Shown here in pieces: positions 38,101 through 45,937 of a stretch of DNA of 64,000 nucleotides (its first letter is position 1; every line of letters begins with the position of its first letter). The notes below the pieces were generated by a model that made no database searches, was not told the origin of the DNA, and saw only the letters and a program-made list of their open reading frames with translations. A program made the position numbers and the translations under genes. Source of the DNA: a virus. Lineage: Duplodnaviria; Caudoviricetes. The stretch is taken from the IMG/VR virus record IMGVR_UViG_3300047440_000434, positions 311-64,310 of that record; one strand, 5' to 3'.

Positions 38101-39670
38101 CTACGCGCAAAGCATGATGAGCATGTCGCGCGCCCCGGTCGAAGCCTACGAGATGACGTCGAAGATGCTGGCGTTCATCGGTGCCCGGCACGGGTATGGC
38201 CGCGCCGCGCTCGAACTGGGTAAGGCCCTCAAGGATCTGGGCCCTAAAATCGTCGCCCGAGGCGGGGCCAACACGCTCGACGCGCTGCTCGGCAAGCCCA
38301 TGAGTTCGGTGAACTACCGGTTCTCCGAGATGGCCAAACAGCGTCTGCTCGACCGTGGTTACGACCGTAGTGAAGTCGATGCGTTCTTCAAACACTTCGA
38401 CGACAACGGGCTGTTGGACAACACCCAGGCGGCATCGCTGCGGGAACTGGCGCGGCCCGGCAAGGTGGGCAACGTCTGGGACCGGTTCATCGAGGTGTCC
38501 AGCGCCCTGACCCACGCCACCGAGGAGATGAGCCGCATCGGCGGGGCGTGGGCCGCGTTCCGCACCGCGCGCGGCAAGGGCGAGGCGGTCCACGGCGCGC
38601 TCGACTTCGCCGAGAATACGCTGCGTAAAGCGCCCAACTACTCTGAAGCCAACCGGGCGCGCATCACCACGAGCAAGGGCTCGCTCGGCGGCATGGCCGC
38701 GCCGATCATGCAGTTCAAGCAATACGGGCTGAACGAAAGCTGGCTGATCGCCAACCTGTTCCGCGACTCGTTCAAGAGCGCCGACCCGGCGGTGCGCAAG
38801 GAAGCGGCCATGCAACTCGCTGGCACCATCATGATGCACTCGCTGGCGGCGGGCGCGCTGACGTGGCTGGCGGACCCGGTGCGCTACCTGGGCGGGGCCT
38901 ACGATCTGGCGACGGGCAACAAACCAAGGGACCGGATGCTGGACATGCGGAAGTGGCTGTCCGAGACCCTCGGACCCACGTTGGGCGAGGTCGTCGGGGC
39001 GGGCGTGCCGCATCTGGCGGGCATGGACCTGAGCCACCGGCTGGGCGTGAACAACATGTTCAACATCCCCCAGCTGAACGGGTTCACCCCCAAGGACTGG
39101 GCCGAGTTCACCGGGCATCTGGCGTTCGGCGCGCAGGGCGAGGACACCGGCAACGTCGTGTCAGGCGTGGCCAAGATGGTGGACGGGGACATCACGGGCG
39201 GACTCACCGCCATGCTGCCGCGCATCCTGCGCGACCCGGTGAAAGCCTACGGGCTCGCCAACAAGGGCGTCACCGACAGCCGGGGCAAGGAGATCCTCTC
39301 CCCGAAGAAGATCAGCCCGCTGGAGATCGCCTATCAGGCCATCGGCATCACACCGTCGGATGTGAGCGAGGCGCGGATGGGCCGTCAGGCCATCGTCCAG
39401 GCTCGCGAGCAGGTCACCGAGACGCGGACCAAGCTCATGCAACACTGGCTGGAAGCGGACCCCGCTGATCGGGCGGACGCATGGGCGCGGATTGCCCGCT
39501 ACAACGCCGACGCGAAGACGAACCTGGGGGCGAAGATCACAAGAGATCAGCTGGTGAAACAACTCAACGAACGGAAGAAGAGCCAGTCCTCGCCGGGCAC
39601 GTACGGATTGAAGCTGCCCAAGGCCAGCGCCCGCCAACTGAAAGAATACGGCGCGTTCGCCCAGCACTGA
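32153..39670 (+). CDS. Large internal virion polyvalent protein (2505 aa)
   Basis: HEITH zincin-like motif at about 36256; YFPMRRYG (PLxRFG-like) at about 37490; last gene of the structural arm. Confidence 0.75.
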   Translation: MAYDPDDDAELDTPVVSEGPADPERESAWDWREQQATQPTALPQRPLQGPAQPAQPEQAPAPKTGLTRVNAPSLADRAFAKRAPRLEDYDTANPIMTVGNAREPPPPEAGVGSNLLSVVWKGVLSNAADIMGAARFAEQQLTSDPETNTWIEEQRKSLEEQVAKDYSDPKLQKIMSASWMSMFGGSTDAKGNHIPTPGEVGWMNYFMYNTASMIPTVALAVLPATTTAKVATKLMSSMGAVSKTAKAVGTAASIGESAGQFGLQNMGALYNSVSEEVMRTPEAEMRKSHAYVELRNTGQSDEQAKQTLIKQTIPPMALQALLVGGAVGAGFLGMAARGGIAPLVGQGLKARIVGAGVGATEMGAMMGGQAAANTALGQQAEQGIGIREGYDTDAIRANAVAAAGGSLGMGATFGAYHPPVARPRAEPRPAPDVAPDHDAALRAALPQPDAAPDTSMPPPERNPLATAPPPEAAPGEQQEMFHPTQHGPTVEPGMAPEPPAPERTEFPPSMSPVDTGDRTPGYREPQHPSYALTEPEPGKRPAVKPPEPGLPIVTEPTADPGLGMHGAEQPDLLGGEPTRYAPPPESTPPAPVEATAAPRTVDSSRGGSRAAPGEPPPSAGMKVGDIRDALMSEHGMSLSDVKGMSAADARARYDKLSAQARVGEGSAPTTGERSRPGEPVVAPPTGEAHSPQTSAGVETPATKAVAAMGEAKAAAGEAKAAGELRARLDSSKKALDEAKAAREATPTHGPEPRVTELAAEVAATKDFRPASEPTPVVKTPTVSETLKEAQAAKGPPDAQKRKELRALGVPKAGKMNKAELQETYARVMKEQEEAKRGFVAEPVKPPEPTKARITLEAEAPKAAPKAAEPKAAPKVPEPRVAPKAAEPAVRGTLRASPKAAEKLKEAAPKPVEKKVDARAELSEEEATADRAKEIARGKAMEDIGFVTRNTVNRAPPGTPMHRAMRQAVEDLGRLVNLTDGSREHITDVTNRMLEPRSGDTEIAAKARAEVAKAYYERNIGEKYNERTGDEEGAPVSEAAAAQAEEVAERTASAAQGPAKAEDIEAKGTGGGTGESAGQTMGLETKNQDVTKTSNSDRKAGDWFKKILDTSDPTTVHDAADTYDNVNGRGRPRDKEYATLADALATEIKRVNTASNSKLFRDNLAEIAKRKIEGKPGTDAYEARVKKRDAAMDRMTDALKDFEPERIQQLEAALKELTDAGRGKRADIGAKMGERIARSHELAPDAPRVLKMARDPRLSAGVENLIRTSERNDVELTDRDVLNHIINDPLVRKERPALRALAQQLIKVARDVQVMTPLRAFEQGRITKEDYNAYTAFGRFDAKDGKGNDFITINIDRDHPQGTHLETALHEITHSAYSDYIASLEKQDPTHPDLLALEAMRTEIGWLAYEAHKKGELDSVAYENIRYATSDPHEFHTMMMSNADLHAFTASRKAPTDLTDALARLGHWPRTGTLRSIWNSFTNMVRKSLGFEKPKSEAEYTLFDHVIQPVTDIANRAAKFNRQLFPRDEAGVLLHDRAIRTDAEPLNWGMRDVLGDRAGEVATRALALAGDRLKPPAVHNLLQTIHLDRMVDRYGSKFQDGAVNHIKNVRTAVERAGVASRRFLDKFSAEAGEITRELVKHDDVAELMNDAGYARAALGTRDAAANAHLTSREERATLAALQTKFDTMPAEKQELYKKTRDFLNKKYAAERDAVSNNLINRFMPGSSDAEKATMRDILKSKTKLDAFLKKPENFAIADESKRIAKGMAHLTRLGFVDGDYFPMRRYGDFVVEYGGQHGDPGYGVQFFEGASEAAAFRNKMLADGVPDVSSVRERNSIVQRGEMRLSPVVEQMIDAVKKDPALRAHAAQLEEMAGHLQLQYASGWEKDAAKRKYVLGASKDVARAIATDLEASGRRIGTIEHGGERDAALEAMKHFNDATGRDPNNADNTDRDRVYHELQQRFQKGAEINHTGWRGMARRFSAFGYAQSMMSMSRAPVEAYEMTSKMLAFIGARHGYGRAALELGKALKDLGPKIVARGGANTLDALLGKPMSSVNYRFSEMAKQRLLDRGYDRSEVDAFFKHFDDNGLLDNTQAASLRELARPGKVGNVWDRFIEVSSALTHATEEMSRIGGAWAAFRTARGKGEAVHGALDFAENTLRKAPNYSEANRARITTSKGSLGGMAAPIMQFKQYGLNESWLIANLFRDSFKSADPAVRKEAAMQLAGTIMMHSLAAGALTWLADPVRYLGGAYDLATGNKPRDRMLDMRKWLSETLGPTLGEVVGAGVPHLAGMDLSHRLGVNNMFNIPQLNGFTPKDWAEFTGHLAFGAQGEDTGNVVSGVAKMVDGDITGGLTAMLPRILRDPVKAYGLANKGVTDSRGKEILSPKKISPLEIAYQAIGITPSDVSEARMGRQAIVQAREQVTETRTKLMQHWLEADPADRADAWARIARYNADAKTNLGAKITRDQLVKQLNERKKSQSSPGTYGLKLPKASARQLKEYGAFAQH

Positions 39671-39683
39671 TTTACGACGGGCA

Positions 39684-39718
39684 TAAAAATAGCCCCCGGC
39701 GATAGAACCACCGGGGGC
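39684..39718 (-). terminator. Rho-independent terminator at convergence of the two arms
   Basis: Stem GCCCCCGG/CCGGGGGC followed on the minus strand by TATTTTT. Confidence 0.7.
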
Positions 39719-40007
39719 AAGGGTGATAGCGTTGGGGTAATCTCGCGAGAAATGCTAAAAACTCGCGCTCGGAGCCTACCGCCGACGTAGCTGGGTTAGC
39801 AAGAGCATCTCCCGCTGAACTTCCAACATGTCACGTTGTATCCTGGCCTGTTCGACCCCCTCCAGCCGTCGGTCCAGGTTGTCCTGACCGACGCACGAGG
39901 GGAGGACGAGCAACACAAGAAGGCACACGGCACGGGGCTTCATGAGTCGCTCCTTGGGCTGATCGGTTTACTACCGTATTATCATAGGACATTCCGGGGG
40001 AAGGGCC

Positions 40008-40262
40008 ATGGCCAGTAAGTCGCACGCCAACTACATGCGTAATCGAGCATGGTATCTGGCCCGCGAAGCATCGCCCGAGGGCGTCAAAAAGCGCGTCGAA
40101 CGAGATCAGGCCCGCACCAAGGAGATCAAGGCGGGGAAGTTATCCCCGCACTCGAAACTCACGGTGGACCATAAGAAGCCCTTGTCCAGGGGTGGCGGGA
40201 ACGCGACCAGCAATCTGGCGCTGGTAAGCGGCAAGAAGAACCGAGAGAAGTTCAATCACTGA
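40008..40262 (+). CDS. Small HNH endonuclease-like protein
   Basis: VDHKKPLSRGGGNATSNLALVSGKKNREK. Confidence 0.75.
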   Translation: MASKSHANYMRNRAWYLAREASPEGVKKRVERDQARTKEIKAGKLSPHSKLTVDHKKPLSRGGGNATSNLALVSGKKNREKFNH

Positions 40263-40428
40263 ACATGCTGTCGGGGGGCGTGAAGGTCGGGTATTTGTAG
40301 AACACCCGGTTACATTTGGCGCATCGAAACGCCATCCATATGGTGCCTCGATGCGTGCACGATACGACGGTGCCACGGTGCTGGCCCAGCCTGTGTAGCA
40401 GGGCGTGCCATAGTTGTTCGAACGTCAT
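40252..40428 (-). CDS. Small Zn-ribbon-like protein
   Basis: ATGA coupling; FRCAKC. Confidence 0.5.
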   Translation of the reverse strand: MTFEQLWHALLHRLGQHRGTVVSCTHRGTIWMAFRCAKCNRVFYKYPTFTPPDSMFSD

Positions 40429-40817
40429 TCCGCCGCGACGGCTACTTCGGGCAGCTTGTCTTTCCACTCGGGTAATCCAATGGCGAGCATCTGTCGTATG
40501 CGCCCGTTGTCGTTGACACAAACCCGTTTGCCCATCTCTATGATCCTGCGTTTCTTGAGCAGGGGCACACGCCGGGGTGAGAAACTGTCTCGTCCCATGG
40601 CGTTGGCTTTGGCGATCTCTATCGTGGCCATGGGGTGTCCGTAATCCTGGAGAGTAAGAACCGTCAGTTCTTCCAGGACTGAAGCGTTGGTGTCGCGGGC
40701 CGCTTCGTGTGATGTATCCGGGTCGGTATGTCGAACCGCGCCGGAAGTATCATTGGGGCGTAAGCCAGCGACTATGGCTCTGGCCCGCCGCATACGATCT
40801 TCGCTTTCCTTACTCAT
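40425..40817 (-). CDS. Winged-HTH DNA-binding protein
   Basis: AGGAG SD, start MSKESED; HTDPDTSHEAA then MATIEIA...SFSPRRVPLLKKRRI. Confidence 0.65.
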   Translation of the reverse strand: MSKESEDRMRRARAIVAGLRPNDTSGAVRHTDPDTSHEAARDTNASVLEELTVLTLQDYGHPMATIEIAKANAMGRDSFSPRRVPLLKKRRIIEMGKRVCVNDNGRIRQMLAIGLPEWKDKLPEVAVAAE

Positions 40818-40992
40818 ATTGTTCACTCCTTGTGTGGTAGTCTTCGATCTCCTGATGGAGCAGCCGCGCCCGGCCCTCCTTGAACGCCGCGACCAGCACC
40901 GGGTGCTGGGCACAACCAATACACAACGCCACATCCACATTGTCACGCACGCCGATGGGACGTTCGCAGACGCCGCATGAGATGTTCCTCAT
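40810..40992 (-). CDS. Small protein with two CxxC motifs
   Basis: CGVC and CIGC; coupled to the primase stop. Confidence 0.55.
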   Translation of the reverse strand: MRNISCGVCERPIGVRDNVDVALCIGCAQHPVLVAAFKEGRARLLHQEIEDYHTRSEQYE

Positions 40993-43934
40993 TTCGACGC
41001 ATCCGAGGGAGACTTGCGCAGCAGAGCCGCCACCGCGTCGTCGTTGACGCTGTTGGCGATGTCGGCCAGCCGCCCGGTCAGCGGGATGTCGATGACATGG
41101 CTCACGCCGCCAGCGAAGCCGGTGCCGCCGCCCAGGGATTTCCGATGTTGTACCGCGCCCATTTTATCCACCAGTTGTTTAATGATGACGGTGGCCGGAA
41201 GGCCCCGTGAATGTAGCCACTCGTTGAACGCCGCCCGGTTCACCCGCAGGATCTTCGCCGCCGTGGCGATCTGCAGCCGCACCACGTTGCCACGCGGCAC
41301 GCCCGACATGGTTACCTTGCCCGCGCCGCCGCTGGAGAAGTTGTCGGTCCGCAGCCGGTAGTCGGCTTGCGAATAGACGAAGCCGTTGACGATCTCCTCC
41401 ACGTCCAGACCGCCCGCCGCCGCCACCATGGTGCGGGTGGCCCGGCTCTCGCGCTGCGCCAGGAACGCCGTCTTGAGCACGCCCAGGATGCCCGGCACGT
41501 CGAAGTTAAACAGGCCCAGTTTACGTCCGTAGTAAGCACCGACCAGGGTGCATGCCATGGCGGTCACGCTGAACCGTTCGTCGCGCTGCATCTTCAGCCC
41601 GTCCGACAGCATCTTCATCGTCGATGAAAGTTTGTTTTGCACTTCTTGTAAATGCGTGGCGACGTACTGGAGATACACCCGACCGGCGTGCCCGTAGTTG
41701 GTCTCGCACAGCTTGATGGACTGACCCGCCATGGGATCGAACGCCGTCGGGATCTTCGCCATCTCGACCTCGAGCAAACGCGCCAGACCCGAGTCGGTGC
41801 CGTCGTCCCGCGCCAGCAAATAGTCCTGGCATGGACGGTTGGAGGTGAACACCAGCATGGTCTCCCACTCGCCCACCTCGCGCAGGGTGGTGTCGGAGTT
41901 CATGCGGGAGCGTTCCTTGCCCTGGGGGATGGTGAAGATCATCTCCACGAACGCGTCCTGATAGTCCTTGCGGACCCGCAACTCATCCCAATACCGTATT
42001 AAAATCCTCGGCTCGCTCAGGGATTTCATCACCGCGTTGGGCGTGTCCTGCATGGACTGCATGGACCTGGGATCGCCCCACACCGACTGGCCCACCTTGA
42101 TCGCCGTGCTCTTGCCGATGCCGCTCTCGGTCGACCAGAAGCTCATGGTCATGCCGCGCACGTCGCCGCAAAGGGATATGAGCACGGCACCGAACGACGT
42201 GGCGATGATGCCCTGGCAGTCGGGACGGCCCCCCTCGAACAGCGCCGCCGCCTTGCGCCAGTTGGCCATGTCCCCGGCTGGCCGATACATGGCGGCGATC
42301 TTGGGGTCACCGCCCGGCACTTTGTCTATACTACCGTCGGTCTTGTATAGGGTTCCGGCGATAGCCACTCCGATCCGGTTGCCCCGCGCGTCGATGTTCC
42401 ACCCGAAGGGCCTGACCACCTCGGTCTTTACTGTCTGCTGCAGCCGTAGCTGCGATATCCACGCCATTACGAAGTCTCCCGCGTGCGCGGCGGTATGCCG
42501 CGTGACCGCCACGCCCTGCTTCGAGAAGTAGCCCACCTGGATCTGCGTGGTCATGTCGGCTTCATTGGCCGCGACGGGATAGTCACGGCCAGCCAGCTTG
42601 TAGGTGAAGCTCAGCCGGTGCCCGCCCGTGGGCAGTTCATCCAGCCGGGGTTTCGCCACGTCGCCAAAGAACAGGAACACCCACTCGGCGTCCTCACCTT
42701 TGCCGTCCATGCGTTGGATGGCCGTCTCGCCCGCCAGCACCACCCGCCGATATTTGTAGGGCAGGTCTTCCACGTCCACGCCCAGCGACAAGGGCGAGGT
42801 GATCTTGTCCTTGAAGGGGCATGCCCCGCACACGCCGGGCCGGGTCATGTCGTAATGTTTGCAGGTAGGCGCTCCAAGAACCTTGCCGTCCGTCTCCTTC
42901 TCGGCCCGCGCGAACGCGGCCTCGGTCTTGTCGGCGTCGTAGTCCGCGTGGTCTTTGCTTATGGGATGGATGAAGTCCTTGCCGTCCCTGGTATGCACGG
43001 CCATCGAGATGTTGCCGAGATACCAGAGCGGGTATGGATCGCCCTCGCCGCCCTTGGCCAGGGACAGCTTGATCTGCTCACACCTTTTGGCGATCTCAGC
43101 GAACTGGAACCGGCTCTCGATGCGAGCCGACTGGTTCAGCCCCGGCCCACCCGGCGGGATGTAGGAGGGGCGTGGACCGATGGAGGTGACGGTGGCCCCG
43201 CCGTGGGTGCCGGTGGCCCGCGCCTTCTGCACCCCGATCCAGGGCGTCAGCTTGGCCATGATGTCGGCGTTGGCATAGTCGTTCGCCGACAGCTTCGGGA
43301 ACCCCTCGACCGCCACCGGCTGGCCCGACTTGAAGTTGAACGTCCCAGGCGGGCGCATGATGCGCGCCCCGTCCACCGTGGGTGCCGTGTCGCCCACCCA
43401 ACCGTGCGCGACCATCGCCTCGCGCAGCGCGTCGGCCATGGGTTGCCACTCACCGAGCGTGATGGCGGTTTCGAGTATCCAGTACCAGTGAAACCCGTAG
43501 CCGCTGTTCACCCACATGCTGGGCATGGGCAAGCCCGTGGCCTTCGTGAAAGCCTTGAGCCACTCGATGGCTTTACTACGGTCGTGAAATACCTTGGTGG
43601 CGTCTTTCTTGTCGCCGTCCCGCTTGACGTCGGCGTCGATGACCAGCGTGCGTATCAGATGCACGTTGGCCTGTTCGCGCTTGGCGCGGATCGTGGGCTC
43701 GCCCTTCTGCGAGGTGCCGATTTCGGCGACGTTGTAGGATGCGACAGCGAAATAGGCGTCGGCCTTGATGCTCGACGCCCATCGTAACCAACTCGCCGCC
43801 TGGGATACCTGTGCCGGTGGGAAACTTCGTGAGGCCCAGCCTCGTCCTTCGCCCTTCCATGTGATGGTCAGATAATTCCCTTGGACGGGAACCACACGCG
43901 ACAAAAAGCCTTCTACATCCGCTGCCGTGTTCAT
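40989..43934 (-). CDS. Primase-helicase (RepB/AEP-like primase plus DUF927-type helicase)
   Basis: VNSGYGFHWYW, RIMRPPGTFN, Cys cluster PTC...CGACP, Walker A GIGKST. Confidence 0.85.
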   Translation of the reverse strand: MNTAADVEGFLSRVVPVQGNYLTITWKGEGRGWASRSFPPAQVSQAASWLRWASSIKADAYFAVASYNVAEIGTSQKGEPTIRAKREQANVHLIRTLVIDADVKRDGDKKDATKVFHDRSKAIEWLKAFTKATGLPMPSMWVNSGYGFHWYWILETAITLGEWQPMADALREAMVAHGWVGDTAPTVDGARIMRPPGTFNFKSGQPVAVEGFPKLSANDYANADIMAKLTPWIGVQKARATGTHGGATVTSIGPRPSYIPPGGPGLNQSARIESRFQFAEIAKRCEQIKLSLAKGGEGDPYPLWYLGNISMAVHTRDGKDFIHPISKDHADYDADKTEAAFARAEKETDGKVLGAPTCKHYDMTRPGVCGACPFKDKITSPLSLGVDVEDLPYKYRRVVLAGETAIQRMDGKGEDAEWVFLFFGDVAKPRLDELPTGGHRLSFTYKLAGRDYPVAANEADMTTQIQVGYFSKQGVAVTRHTAAHAGDFVMAWISQLRLQQTVKTEVVRPFGWNIDARGNRIGVAIAGTLYKTDGSIDKVPGGDPKIAAMYRPAGDMANWRKAAALFEGGRPDCQGIIATSFGAVLISLCGDVRGMTMSFWSTESGIGKSTAIKVGQSVWGDPRSMQSMQDTPNAVMKSLSEPRILIRYWDELRVRKDYQDAFVEMIFTIPQGKERSRMNSDTTLREVGEWETMLVFTSNRPCQDYLLARDDGTDSGLARLLEVEMAKIPTAFDPMAGQSIKLCETNYGHAGRVYLQYVATHLQEVQNKLSSTMKMLSDGLKMQRDERFSVTAMACTLVGAYYGRKLGLFNFDVPGILGVLKTAFLAQRESRATRTMVAAAGGLDVEEIVNGFVYSQADYRLRTDNFSSGGAGKVTMSGVPRGNVVRLQIATAAKILRVNRAAFNEWLHSRGLPATVIIKQLVDKMGAVQHRKSLGGGTGFAGGVSHVIDIPLTGRLADIANSVNDDAVAALLRKSPSDASK

Positions 43935-43950
43935 TGTTGACCCCTAAGTG

Positions 43951-43977
43951 AAAGAGGGCGTGGCTGGCACCACGCCC
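43951..43977 (-). terminator. Hairpin / weak terminator
   Basis: GGGCGTGG-6nt-CCACGCCC then TCTTT on the minus strand. Confidence 0.45.
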
Positions 43978-43990
43978 CCAGAGGTCAACC

Positions 43991-45049
43991 TCAATCGTCG
44001 TTGAGCAGGTTGCTGATCTCGTCCTCTAACGAGGCGGGCGCGCCCTGGATGACCACGGTCGCCGCAGCTGGCGTGGCTGGCGTGGCGGAACCCGTCGCCT
44101 TACGGGCCGGTGCTGGCGCGGCTGCCGCTGGTTGCGGTGGCACCGGAACGGGCGGCGGGGGAGGTGTCGGAACCGGGCTCGGTTCCGGCTCGTCCGGCTC
44201 GCTGACCTGCGCCGCCGGGGACGGGCGGGCCAACTGGAGATGCGCCGGGCGCGCCCCCAGCGCCGAGGCCGGTTCGGATATCACGTCCGCCGTCGCGTCC
44301 TCCAACATGCGTTGGACGATATCGGAACGACCGTGCTCGATGACCGTGGAGTAGTCCTCCGCGCTCTCGATCCAGCCGATGCTGTTGAACGTCAGTTCCT
44401 GGTGCGTCACGGCGGGGTTGAACCCGATGCGCGTCACCACCTGGGAAATGTCGGCACCCAGCCGCTCAAGCTGGCGTGTATAACGGTCGAGATTAGCAAG
44501 CGAGGTCGGTGGGATGTCGAGCAACATGGCACCGCCATAGACGTCGTTGTTCACGTCGCCAGCGGGAACCATGGCGATGCGACGGCCATCGCGGCACGCC
44601 TTCGCCTTGCGTCCGTTCTCGGTCGTGGCCGAGCCCCAGATATTCTGCGGGCACGTGGCACACATGCTGTTCTGTTTGAGTGCGCTGGCCGGATCAGGTG
44701 ATACCCCGTTCACGCTGAAGCAATCAGGAGCTTTGCTCTCGCCAGCGGCGAAACCGTTCTGATACCACTTCTTGCTGATCGCGCTGGCGATACCGACGAC
44801 CACCATGTCGACGGATTGCACGGGCGCTTTCGGCAACGGCTTGCCCTGGTGGTCGGTGCCAGCCGACATTTCGATGAGGATCTCCTCCCCACGGTAACGC
44901 ACGCGCCAGTTCTTGCCGCGAATTTTAAGCACCGCGAACGATGCCTGGAGATTGGCCCGCGCCGCCTGATTGAGGCGCAGCCCGTTCGACCCCATGAGGT
45001 GCTGCGGCGCGGCACCGAGGTTAACCAACTGATTGTCCATTTGTATCAC
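43991..45049 (-). CDS. Putative ssDNA-binding / replication accessory protein
   Basis: PDCFS...CATCPQNIWGS...KACRDGRRIA conserved in PolA phages; acidic C-terminal tail. Confidence 0.6.
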   Translation of the reverse strand: MIQMDNQLVNLGAAPQHLMGSNGLRLNQAARANLQASFAVLKIRGKNWRVRYRGEEILIEMSAGTDHQGKPLPKAPVQSVDMVVVGIASAISKKWYQNGFAAGESKAPDCFSVNGVSPDPASALKQNSMCATCPQNIWGSATTENGRKAKACRDGRRIAMVPAGDVNNDVYGGAMLLDIPPTSLANLDRYTRQLERLGADISQVVTRIGFNPAVTHQELTFNSIGWIESAEDYSTVIEHGRSDIVQRMLEDATADVISEPASALGARPAHLQLARPSPAAQVSEPDEPEPSPVPTPPPPPVPVPPQPAAAAPAPARKATGSATPATPAAATVVIQGAPASLEDEISNLLNDD

Positions 45050-45489
45050 TCCTTGTCCGATGTGGATAACTTGGCGGTGTCGCTGGCGCGTCGCACATTG
45101 ACTACCACCTCCGACGAAGTTTCAACCCCCGGAACGGTTTCCTTCGTGGTCTCAGTTAGTTCCTGTAACGCGAGTTTGGAAATCCGTGCTTCCAAAAGAT
45201 CCCACGCGTCATGCTCACGTATGTAACCCAGAGCCGCCGCCCAGTCCGTGACCTTGGCCGACGTGCGCACCGCCTGATAGGCCGTGCCATGTGGCGACTT
45301 CATCGACTTGAGCCCCGACTGGTGCATCGCTTCGAGCATGTAGGCTTCCAGCTTGTCGAGCGCGCTGGTGTAGGGCTTCATCGCCTCTTTATGTTGATCC
45401 TCCAACACCTTCTTTTTGTCACGAATTTTGACATACTTTTCAATCATGTTGTCCACGGTCATCCGTGGACGTTCGACTGTTTCACCCAT
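45046..45489 (-). CDS. Conserved phage coiled-coil protein
   Basis: YVKIRDKK...HGTAY...VTDW...LLEARISK...VPGV; start chosen behind GAGGAG. Confidence 0.7.
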   Translation of the reverse strand: MGETVERPRMTVDNMIEKYVKIRDKKKVLEDQHKEAMKPYTSALDKLEAYMLEAMHQSGLKSMKSPHGTAYQAVRTSAKVTDWAAALGYIREHDAWDLLEARISKLALQELTETTKETVPGVETSSEVVVNVRRASDTAKLSTSDKE

Positions 45490-45494
45490 TTGTT

Positions 45495-45677
45495 TCACTC
45501 CTCGCTATCAAACGTCGGTAACACCCTTCCGAAACCAGCACGCCGTTTGTCCCGGTGCATGGCATCTTCCATCTCGGCTTCACGCTCGATCCGTCGGAGG
45601 AAATCCTCCACGCTTTCGTTGGGGCGCTTACGTTGCCAGATCCAAACCGGCATCCCTCGCGTGCCATACGCCGCCAT
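45495..45677 (-). CDS. Hypothetical protein
   Basis: AAGGAG SD. Confidence 0.55.
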   Translation of the reverse strand: MAAYGTRGMPVWIWQRKRPNESVEDFLRRIEREAEMEDAMHRDKRRAGFGRVLPTFDSEE

Positions 45678-45680
45678 GTG

Positions 45681-45872
45681 TCACTCCTTTCCAAACACAC
45701 GCCTCAGATCCTGGTTTAGCTCCTTGCCGCCACGTATGCCGTCACCCGGCGTGCTGCCGGTGAACACCATGCCGCGCATGCCCGGCTTGGTTAGCTTGAG
45801 ATGCTGGCCCTTGGTTTTCGTTACCACATAGCCCCTGCTCTCAAGTTCACGTATGCGTTTGTTGGTACTCAC
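45681..45872 (-). CDS. HicA-like (dsRBD-fold) protein
   Basis: RELESRGYVVTKTKGQHLKLTKPG...TPGD; SD from the motif copy at 45878-45894. Confidence 0.65.
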   Translation of the reverse strand: MSTNKRIRELESRGYVVTKTKGQHLKLTKPGMRGMVFTGSTPGDGIRGGKELNQDLRRVFGKE

Positions 45873-45937
45873 ATTGTTTTACTCCCGTAGTTGGTTTTTT
45901 CATTGCGCGGGGGGTGGTCAGCGAACTCACATTACGT

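Noticed and set aside
11715-39118. Long antisense or alternate-frame ORFs (e.g. 11715-13814, 19689-21293, 34913-37153, 37160-39118)
   Set aside because: Shadow ORFs caused by high GC3 and repeats in genuine genes; no motifs or RBS
39836-40018. 60-aa ORF upstream of the HNH gene
   Set aside because: TTG start, no SD and no recognisable features; more likely a regulatory gap
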